DNA of 5,920 nt from Nitrososphaerota archaeon (GCA_013378385.1 JACAFS010000055.1:1-5920); one strand, 5' to 3'; shown: positions 1 through 5,559, counted from the stretch's first letter. Notes: generated by a model not told the origin, from the sequence alone. Made by a program: numbers and translations.

Positions 1-93
1 AGAAGAAACTGCCGTAGAAGAAACTGCCGTAGAAGAAACTGCCGTAGAAGAAACTGCCGTAGAAGAAACTGCCGTAGAAGAAACTGCCGTAGA
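1..93. repeat. Perfect 15-bp tandem repeat AGAAGAAACTGCCGT. Six full copies (1-90) plus a 3-nt start of a seventh. The array runs off the left edge.
   Basis: Direct reading: positions 1-90 are six identical 15-mers. Positions 91-93 (AGA) begin another copy, then the sequence diverges (agacacagct). There are no spacers, so this is a tandem repeat and not CRISPR-like. Confidence 0.97.
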
Positions 94-127
94 CACAGCT
101 AATAAGGATGAAAATCCTACCTTATAG
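2..127 (+). CDS. 3' end of a CDS whose 5' end lies outside the window. It has an (EETAV)n pentapeptide-repeat acidic C-terminal tail. Product unknown.
   Basis: Plus frame 2 reads EETAV x6, then DTANKDENPTL, then TAG at 125-127. Plus frame 3 has a TAG in every repeat unit, and plus frame 1 stops at 100-102. The + strand is purine-rich here, as are the sense strands of all confident genes in this window. The stop abuts the GTPase stop (128-130), the same layout as the other convergent pair at 3448/3449. A minus-strand reading (TAVSS repeats) cannot be fully excluded. Confidence 0.5.
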   Translation, partial: EETAVEETAVEETAVEETAVEETAVEETAVDTANKDENPTL

Positions 128-1318
128 TTAAGTAGATACAACTTTTATTATGTCATTATTTTTTAATACATAATCATTCGATACTATCTTTTTTGTTTTT
201 GCATCTATTGCATACAGAAATTTATCACCTATTTCTGAATGGATCTTGAAAGCAAGATCTTTTGCAGTTGATCCATTTTTTAATAAATACGCATCTGGAA
301 GTACATTTCCTTTTTTATTTGTATACTTGTTTTCATCCTCTACTGGATATACAGTAATCATATCTAACAAACTAAAAAATGCAAAATTCAGAACCAGTTG
401 CACTCCTGTAGTTTCCCATTTCTCTAATATCTGTTTATTTACGGTTTCCAATGCTTTCATTTGTTGTTTAGTGATCTTTTCATTGTCATTATTTATAAAA
501 CCTATATTTCCTGGAATGTATTGGATTATACCATTTTCACTAGCTCTTCTTAATAATAATTCAGCTTCCGATGCAGTTGGTATTATTTCTATATCTAAAT
601 TTCTCATTCTATCATAATCTTCTGTTTCTGCTAAGTCTATTTTATTTCCTGCTATTACAATTGGTTTAGATTGTTTCCTTAACTCTGATACTAATTTCAT
701 TTTATCTTCACTACTAAATTCTGTTGTATTTTTTGTTGTTAATTCTGTTTTATTTATTGCATTACTAATATGGTTCTGATTTATCGATAATCCACTAAGT
801 TTGTTACTCAATAAATCAATGAATTTCTTCCTATCTCCTGTAGAAGTTCTTCCAATCTGATCCCAGTCTTTATTTATAATATCATAGATCCAATTATCCA
901 GTTCTGTTTCAATCATTGTTATATCTTTAATTGGATCCCTCTTTTCATTTGTTAGAATTCTTCCTTCTTCATCGGTCTTTCCTGATAAGTCTATTACATG
1001 AATTAATACATCTGCTTGTCTTATGTCATCAAGAAATTTATTTCCCAAACCCCTTCCTTTTGAAGCTCCTGGAACTAAACCTGCAATGTCTACAATCTTT
1101 ATTGGTATTAATCTTTGATTATCTATACAAATTGAATTTACTGGACTGTCTTCTATTTCTAATTCCTTACACATACATGATGTTCTTACGTACGCTACTC
1201 CCGTACTTGGTTCAATGGTTGTGAATGGATAATTTGCCATATTTACATTTAACAGCGTACAAGCATTGAAAAATGTCGATTTTCCTGTATTTGGTTTACC
1301 GATTAATCCTATTTTCAT
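128..1318 (-). CDS. Obg-superfamily GTP-binding protein, Ygr210/YchF-like, with a C-terminal TGS domain
   Basis: 396-aa ORF. G1 GKPNTGKS lies at the extreme N-terminus. G2 is YPFTTIEP. G3 DIAGLV is followed by the Gly-rich PGASKGRGLGNKFLDDIRQAD signature typical of the YchF/Ygr210 branch. G4 NKID is retained (guanine-specific, unlike the NxxE of YchF). A helical insertion lies between G3 and G4. The C-terminal ITVYPV...LKNGSTAKDLAFKIHSEIGDKF...DIIKVV stretch looks like a TGS domain. Confidence 0.9.
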   Translation of the reverse strand: MKIGLIGKPNTGKSTFFNACTLLNVNMANYPFTTIEPSTGVAYVRTSCMCKELEIEDSPVNSICIDNQRLIPIKIVDIAGLVPGASKGRGLGNKFLDDIRQADVLIHVIDLSGKTDEEGRILTNEKRDPIKDITMIETELDNWIYDIINKDWDQIGRTSTGDRKKFIDLLSNKLSGLSINQNHISNAINKTELTTKNTTEFSSEDKMKLVSELRKQSKPIVIAGNKIDLAETEDYDRMRNLDIEIIPTASEAELLLRRASENGIIQYIPGNIGFINNDNEKITKQQMKALETVNKQILEKWETTGVQLVLNFAFFSLLDMITVYPVEDENKYTNKKGNVLPDAYLLKNGSTAKDLAFKIHSEIGDKFLYAIDAKTKKIVSNDYVLKNNDIIKVVST

Positions 1319-1340
1319 TAAGTTTAATAATCCTATTCAA

Positions 1341-1348
1341 ATATATAG
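1341..1348. promoter_or_regulatory. Candidate shared, bidirectional TATA box (ATATATAG) at the centre of the 50-bp divergent spacer
   Basis: The spacer 1319-1368 has its midpoint at 1343.5. The ATATAT core lies about 25-27 bp from both start codons (1318 on - and 1369 on +). That is the usual archaeal TATA-to-TSS distance, so both mRNAs would be leaderless. No experimental support. Confidence 0.35.
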
Positions 1349-1368
1349 CAATATTATTGTGAAAAAAT

Positions 1369-2049
1369 ATGTATAGGAATAATAATTTTTACCGTGGTAT
1401 AATATATGATCTTGATGGAACTCTAAATCTATCTACTAGTTATTATTCTGTATACGATGATTATTTCACCTCGTTGTTATCTAAATTTCTAGATAAATCA
1501 TTAGAAGAAACAGAAAAGATAGTGAACCTATCTTTACATAATAAAACAGGATTAACTAGTCTTATTCAATCATTAAAAATTGATTCATCATCATTCTATA
1601 ATGAGTTATCCGATATTATTCCAATCTCATCATTAATTCATCGAGATGAAAAATTAATCAGTATTATTGAAACAATTAATAATATGAATATTGTTCAAGC
1701 TGTTTGTTCAAATACCGGTTATGGCCTAATTTCAAAGATTTTGGAATCTATGGGCATCAGGAGATATTTTAGAGAAATAATAAGTAGTGACGAAACCGGT
1801 CTGAAACCTTCTCCAGAACCATACATTTATACGTTAAACAAATTAAAAATAAATGCCGTAAATTGTATTTATGTAGGCGATAGAATTAAAATGGAAATAA
1901 ACACTGCAAAAACCTTGGGAATGACAACTGTATTTGTCAAAAGCTATCTTATGGAAGAAAAAAATATTAACTACAGTAATGCTGATTACTCTATTGAATC
2001 AGTCTATGAAATGCCTATTTTACTCAATAATTTGTTAGGAGGAATATAA
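1369..2049 (+). CDS. HAD-superfamily hydrolase or phosphatase (subfamily IA-like, helical cap). Substrate unknown.
   Basis: 226-aa ORF. Motif I is IYDLDGTL (DxDxT). Motif II is VCSNT. The motif III Lys is in GLKPSPEPY. Motif IV is the variant YVGDRIKMEI. A cap-sized helical insert lies between motifs I and II. Confidence 0.85.
   Translation: MYRNNNFYRGIIYDLDGTLNLSTSYYSVYDDYFTSLLSKFLDKSLEETEKIVNLSLHNKTGLTSLIQSLKIDSSSFYNELSDIIPISSLIHRDEKLISIIETINNMNIVQAVCSNTGYGLISKILESMGIRRYFREIISSDETGLKPSPEPYIYTLNKLKINAVNCIYVGDRIKMEINTAKTLGMTTVFVKSYLMEEKNINYSNADYSIESVYEMPILLNNLLGGI
2037..2042 (+). promoter_or_regulatory. Shine-Dalgarno-like AGGAGG for eL15, embedded in the 3' end of the HAD CDS
   Basis: AGGAGG lies at 2037-2042, leaving 8 nt before the TTG start at 2051. 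The HAD stop TAA is at 2047-2049. Confidence 0.6.
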
Positions 2050-2050
2050 T

Positions 2051-2494
2051 TTGTATAAACACTCATCAACTACTTGGAAAAATATCTATAAAGATAATTA
2101 TAAACAAATACGTGAACGTGTTGTCGAATGGAGAAAACAAAATACAATAACACGTTTAGAGAGACCTACTAGAATTGATCGAGCACGCACTTTAGGTTAT
2201 AAAGCTAAACAAGGAATTATTATTGTAAGAATAAAAGTTAGTCGTGGTGGTATGCGTCGAGCTAGACCCAAGGCCGGTAGAAGACAAAAACACGCAGGTG
2301 TTGTAAAAATGAAAGCCAATGTAAATATGAAACAAACTTCTGAAAGTCGTGTTTCAAGACGATATCCTAATCTTCATGTTCTTAATTCATATTTTGTTTA
2401 TAAAGATGGAAAAAATGCATGGTATGAAGTTATTCTTGTTGACCCATCTCATCCATCGATAAAATCTGATAACGATTTTAAATATCTTGTTTAA
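2051..2494 (+). CDS. rpl15e: 50S ribosomal protein eL15 (L15e), with a TTG start
   Basis: Strong family resemblance: ERPTRIDRARTLGYKAKQGIIIVRIKVSRGG...RPKAGRR...YPNLHVLNSYFVYKDGKNAWYEVILVDPSHPSIKSD. The frame opens only after a TAG at 2036-2038, and the first in-frame ATG is far inside the conserved core. TTG at 2051 gives (M)YKH...W, which matches the N-terminal M-YKYI..W pattern I recall for archaeal eL15. Confidence 0.93.
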   Translation: MYKHSSTTWKNIYKDNYKQIRERVVEWRKQNTITRLERPTRIDRARTLGYKAKQGIIIVRIKVSRGGMRRARPKAGRRQKHAGVVKMKANVNMKQTSESRVSRRYPNLHVLNSYFVYKDGKNAWYEVILVDPSHPSIKSDNDFKYLV

Positions 2495-2506
2495 TAAAAA
2501 CGAAAC

Positions 2507-2520
2507 TTTTTATTTATTAA
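2507..2520 (+). promoter_or_regulatory. T/A-rich element TTTTTATTTATTAA. Candidate oligo-T terminator for the HAD-eL15 unit and/or TATA box for the downstream oxidoreductase.
   Basis: A T5 run at 2507-2511 lies 13 nt after the eL15 stop, and archaeal terminators are oligo-T tracts. The element centre is about 27-30 bp upstream of the ATG at 2543. This rests on position only. Confidence 0.3.
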
Positions 2521-2542
2521 GTTACTCATTAGCTAAGTCGAT

Positions 2543-3448
2543 ATGCCTGATAGATATGATGTTCGTGCAGAGAAAATAACTACTGAAAGTAGCGATTCAA
2601 AATCATTTATATTTACTCCGATTGATAATGACGAAGGTCTATATGATTATCTTCCTGGCCAATTCTTTATGTTAGAAGCAAAAATATCTAGACCTGAAAC
2701 AATAGTCTATGATAAAGAATCTAAACAAATGGTTCCTAGCGGTCCTGATATCGAGGTTGTTGAAAAGAAAGCATATTCTGTAGTTTCATCTCCAACTCAA
2801 AAAGGACATATTGAATTAATTATTAAAAGTGAACAAGGTGTCTTTGCTCCTTATTTGCTTGATCAAATTCAAGAGGGCGATAAATGTACACTGATTGGCC
2901 CTACTGGTAAATTCATGAAAGAAATATTCGAACAAAATTCTAAATATATTGCTTGTTGGTCTGCAGGTAGTGGAATTCCTTCAACTCTTAGTTTAATGCA
3001 ATATTGTTTAGATAATGAATTAGATACTAAAGTAGTTGCTTTTGACAGTAATAAAACACAAGCTGATATAATTTACCATGAGAAAATCAAAGACATGGTT
3101 TCAAAATCTGATAATTTCAAAGCAGTATTTACTGCAACTCGAGAACCTCTTAATAAACTTCCTAAATCCAAATCTGATATAAAATATAAAAGTGGTCGTT
3201 TCTGGACTGATGAAAATACACTTGAGAAATATACTGACGATCGTGGTATTTTGGCCAAACTTCTTAGTAAAAAAACAAATTGGCAAGACTATTACAATAC
3301 TATATGCGGAAGTTCAAGTTTCATTAATGGTAAAGGCAGAGATAAAGCCGGAAAAATGGCAAAACTTGGCGAAGGTGTCGAAGACCATCTTTTAAAATTT
3401 AACTGTTCACCATCAAATATAGACAAGGATCAATATTATCTACAATAA
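2543..3448 (+). CDS. FNR-like FAD/NAD(P)H-binding oxidoreductase (ferredoxin-reductase-type two-domain flavoprotein). Partner and substrate unknown.
   Basis: 301-aa ORF. PGQFFML is a FAD-barrel motif. KAYSVVSSP is a variant of the RxYS flavin-binding motif. GDKCTLIGPTGKF is the GPxG motif. IACWSAGSGIPS is the GxGxxP nucleotide-binding motif. A late ICGSSSF corresponds to CGPxxM. No Cys cluster for an Fe-S domain is visible. Confidence 0.75.
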   Translation: MPDRYDVRAEKITTESSDSKSFIFTPIDNDEGLYDYLPGQFFMLEAKISRPETIVYDKESKQMVPSGPDIEVVEKKAYSVVSSPTQKGHIELIIKSEQGVFAPYLLDQIQEGDKCTLIGPTGKFMKEIFEQNSKYIACWSAGSGIPSTLSLMQYCLDNELDTKVVAFDSNKTQADIIYHEKIKDMVSKSDNFKAVFTATREPLNKLPKSKSDIKYKSGRFWTDENTLEKYTDDRGILAKLLSKKTNWQDYYNTICGSSSFINGKGRDKAGKMAKLGEGVEDHLLKFNCSPSNIDKDQYYLQ

Positions 3449-3811
3449 TTATAACAATTTCAATTCACTTGTTATCTCATCTATCTCTAATGAATTTGCA
3501 GGACCTATTGCTAAACATGTTGTTGTTCCTTCATCTATCTGCGTAAGTCCTTTATCCTGGACCAGATAACAGAATATCCCTTTCTTTTTTGCGCTATTTT
3601 GTAAATCTAATAGTTGTTCTAAAGATTCAATCTTTAATGCTACTTTTGCTTGGCCATTTAGTGTCCACCTTTTGAATAACGAACTATTATGCTTTTTTAC
3701 AATTTCTGCAGAAGATAGTGAAGCATGAGCTACTTGAACTGCTATTTTGCCTTTCCCCATTTGTAGATCTGTTCTTACTACAATGACTTGTTTAATTTCT
3801 ACAGATGACAT
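3449..3811 (-). CDS. pth2: Peptidyl-tRNA hydrolase, archaeal/eukaryotic PTH2 type
   Basis: 120-aa ORF. KQVIVVRTDLQMGKGKIAVQVAHASL, QDKGLTQIDEGTTTCLAIGP and the C-terminal ITSELKLL closely match the PTH2 family pattern I recall from Sulfolobus and Methanocaldococcus Pth2. Confidence 0.93.
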   Translation of the reverse strand: MSSVEIKQVIVVRTDLQMGKGKIAVQVAHASLSSAEIVKKHNSSLFKRWTLNGQAKVALKIESLEQLLDLQNSAKKKGIFCYLVQDKGLTQIDEGTTTCLAIGPANSLEIDEITSELKLL

Positions 3812-3837
3812 ATACTATAATTCTTTCTACAGATTCA

Positions 3838-3846
3838 TTAATATAT
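3838..3846. promoter_or_regulatory. Candidate central TATA-like element (TTAATATAT) in the 60-bp divergent spacer between pth2 and the GGR-family gene
   Basis: The spacer 3812-3871 has its midpoint at 3841.5. Predicted TATA centres for leaderless transcripts (3811+27=3838 and 3872-27=3845) both fall inside this AT stretch. It shares the AATATAT core with the 1341-1348 element. Confidence 0.3.
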
Positions 3847-3871
3847 CGTTATAATTACTGGTTTTATAATC

Positions 3872-5032
3872 ATGAGTATTGATAATCAAGATGTTGTAAT
3901 TGCCGGAGGAAGTATCTCGGGCTTACTCTGCGCACGTGAATTAGCACAAAATAATCATGCAGTCACTGTCCTTGAAGAGCATGATGAAATTGGCATACCT
4001 GAAAAATGCGATGGTCTTATCAGCGTAAATGCATTATCTTCATTAGGTGTAATTCCCAACAAACACACCATACAAAACAAAATTCTGGGTGCAAGATTCT
4101 TTTCCCCTTCTGGTAAACTCATTGAGGTAGATTCACCAAATCTTGATATCGTCGTCTTAAATCGTACAAAATTTGATAATGAATTATATGAAAATGCTAT
4201 TCATGATGGCGCTATTGTAGAAAAATCTACTCGATATATCTCGTCTAATTCGCATAACTCACATATTACAGTAAATTCATCAAGACATCAATATAATTGC
4301 CAATATTTTGTTGACGCTATGGGCGTTTCATCATTAATGAAAAAACAGAAATTTGGTGTTCTGCAAGCTGCAAAATATATAATAAAAGCTAATTGGTTTA
4401 ATCCAGATAAAGTTGATTTATATTTTAATCAGTTACTTTCTCCTGGATTCTTTACTTGGGTGATTCCAATTAATGAAAGTCTTGCTAAAGTTGGTATTGC
4501 TGGTTATGGAATTAACAGTTTTTCAAATCTTGATTATTTTTTAAAAGATAAAAAACACACTATTATAAAGAAAATTGCATGTCCGATTATTGTTTCTGGA
4601 CCTGTTGATCAATTTATTGACAATCATAATATTTGTATTGGAGATTCTGCCGCACAAACGAAACCTACTACTGCTGGCGGTATATTTTCTGGAGGTTTGG
4701 CTGGTCTTTTTGCAGGTCAAAGTATTAATCAAAGTTTATTATCAAATACTAATCTGGTGTCTATTTATGAAAAACGATGGAGGGATACCTTTGGTTCTGA
4801 ATTTAATTCTACTCGAAGATTTAGAAAAATATTTGATAATCTTGAGAATAAACATTTGGAAGAGATTTTTGACATTCTATCTTCATCTTCTGACCTTCAG
4901 GACTCTATTAATAAAAGTGGAGACTTTGATTTTCATTCTTTAACCCTTCTAAAAGCATTAGGTATCAAAAGAATTACCCGATTGTTTAATATAGTCTCTT
5001 CAAATGAGATAAAGAAATTATTCAATAATTAA
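3872..5032 (+). CDS. Geranylgeranyl reductase family FAD-dependent oxidoreductase (digeranylgeranylglycerophospholipid-reductase-like)
   Basis: 386-aa ORF. The N-terminal dinucleotide fold is DVVIAGGSISGLLCARELAQNNHAVTVLEE. IGIPEKCDGLIS aligns by eye with the SPVRCGEGLS catalytic-Cys region of Thermoplasma GGR. FFTWVIPINESLAKVGIAG is also conserved. GDSAAQTKPTTAGGI corresponds to the GDAA..P.TGGGI motif. The exact substrate within the family cannot be assigned by eye. Confidence 0.88.
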   Translation: MSIDNQDVVIAGGSISGLLCARELAQNNHAVTVLEEHDEIGIPEKCDGLISVNALSSLGVIPNKHTIQNKILGARFFSPSGKLIEVDSPNLDIVVLNRTKFDNELYENAIHDGAIVEKSTRYISSNSHNSHITVNSSRHQYNCQYFVDAMGVSSLMKKQKFGVLQAAKYIIKANWFNPDKVDLYFNQLLSPGFFTWVIPINESLAKVGIAGYGINSFSNLDYFLKDKKHTIIKKIACPIIVSGPVDQFIDNHNICIGDSAAQTKPTTAGGIFSGGLAGLFAGQSINQSLLSNTNLVSIYEKRWRDTFGSEFNSTRRFRKIFDNLENKHLEEIFDILSSSSDLQDSINKSGDFDFHSLTLLKALGIKRITRLFNIVSSNEIKKLFNN

Positions 5033-5092
5033 TCTATTAAATGGTAAACTGATAAATAATAGGAAATTTGCAATTAGATATTGACTGATCAA

Positions 5093-5260
5093 ATGGAATT
5101 GCCTACTTGCACTTCTTGCAATAGACCTATTATGCCTGGTGGACTATCTGTTAAGTTTCAATGCCCTAATTGTAATGAAAATACGGTCTGGCGATGCTCA
5201 AAATGCCGTAAATTTAGTCGATTATACGCCTGTTCTGACTGTAGTTTTGAAGGACCATAG
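5093..5260 (+). CDS. Small (55 aa) four-CxxC zinc-ribbon protein. It resembles the COG2888 / HVO_2753-like Zn-ribbon family usually encoded next to aEF-1beta.
   Basis: My own translation, since the ORF is absent from the ORF track: MELPTCTSCNRPIMPGGLSVKFQCPNCNENTVWRCSKCRKFSRLYACSDCSFEGP, stop TAG at 5258-5260. It has four CxxC pairs (CTSC, CPNC, CSKC, CSDC). It ends 2 nt before the aEF-1beta start, and this pairing is conserved in archaea. Confidence 0.78.
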   Translation: MELPTCTSCNRPIMPGGLSVKFQCPNCNENTVWRCSKCRKFSRLYACSDCSFEGP

Positions 5261-5262
5261 GT

Positions 5263-5559
5263 GTGATATGTAATTTGAAGATTCTTGTAGCTCGTATGAA
5301 AATATTGCCAAATGGACCAGGAATAAATGCTTCTAAGTTTGAACCTCTCATTATTGATATCCTTCCTGACGGTGCAAAAATTAGACAAATTACTGAAGAA
5401 CCTATTGCATTTGGTTTGTTTACTATATTTGCCGACGTTGAATTTGAAGATAAACCTGGGGCTCTTGACGTTGTCGAAGAATGCATTAACAAATTAGAAC
5501 AAGTCAGTGAATTAGAAACTATTGCTGTAAGTAATACATCTACTGGCGTCGGAGAATAA
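5263..5559 (+). CDS. ef1b: Translation elongation factor aEF-1beta. The start codon is uncertain: GTG 5263, TTG 5275, or less likely ATG 5296.
   Basis: LVARMKILPNGPG...ITEEPIAFGLFTIFADVEFEDKPGALDVVEECINKLEQVSELETIAV matches the roughly 90-aa aEF-1beta fold pattern (..KVMP......EEPIAFGL.....V.......). No ATG lies upstream of the first beta-strand, so a GTG or TTG start is required. Confidence 0.9.
   Translation: MICNLKILVARMKILPNGPGINASKFEPLIIDILPDGAKIRQITEEPIAFGLFTIFADVEFEDKPGALDVVEECINKLEQVSELETIAVSNTSTGVGE

Noticed and set aside
1-93. Possible CRISPR array or minus-strand (TAVSS)n coding repeat
   Set aside because: It is not CRISPR: the 15-bp units are directly tandem with no spacers. The minus-strand reading (GTG at 96-94, then STAVSS...) would put a Ser/Thr repeat at the very N-terminus, with no obvious SD or promoter signal in the 31 nt between the GTPase stop and that GTG. 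The + reading ends at a clean stop abutting the GTPase and matches the purine-rich sense-strand trend. The minus reading is not fully excluded.
246-617. 123-aa + strand ORF, and a 97-aa ORF at 931..1224, both antisense to the GTPase gene
   Set aside because: The GTPase sense strand is strongly A/purine-rich, so its complement is T-rich and poor in A. All three stop codons need an A, which produces long spurious antisense ORFs. The translations are Phe/Leu/Ile/Ser low-complexity with no recognisable motifs. The opposite strand encodes a complete, motif-rich GTPase.
2529-2536. 8-bp palindrome TTAGCTAA 7 nt upstream of the FNR-like gene start, considered as an operator
   Set aside because: It is a single short palindrome with no second copy in the window. 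It is too short to distinguish from chance.
3073-3395. Three 61-67-aa ORFs (two on -, one on +) inside the FNR-like gene
   Set aside because: They are short, lie in different frames, overlap each other and the well-supported 301-aa CDS, and have low-complexity composition. They are treated as frame noise.
4575-4943. 122-aa ORF in the +1 frame, overlapping the GGR-family gene on the same strand
   Set aside because: The translation is a Leu/Ile/Phe-rich string with no motifs, no SD or promoter, and it starts in the middle of a conserved domain (GDSAAQTKPTTAGGI) of the real gene. An open frame this long is unusual for AT-rich DNA, but it is most simply chance plus codon bias. Conservation of the frame in relatives would be needed to revive it.
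5033-5092. C/D-box sRNA candidate: two CTGA boxes at 5048-5051 and 5084-5087, and an ATGGTAA resembling a C box
   Set aside because: The putative C box has two mismatches to RUGAUGA. It directly abuts the first CTGA, leaving no room for a 10-12 nt guide. No credible C' box or terminal stem is present. RUGAUGA...CUGA pairs at about 3970-3993 and 3199-3232 lie inside conserved CDSs and are expected by chance.
5158-5492. 76-aa and 92-aa minus-strand ORFs antisense to the Zn-ribbon and aEF-1beta genes
   Set aside because: The sense strand carries two homology-supported, syntenic genes. The antisense ORFs have no motifs and fit the same purine-skew artefact.
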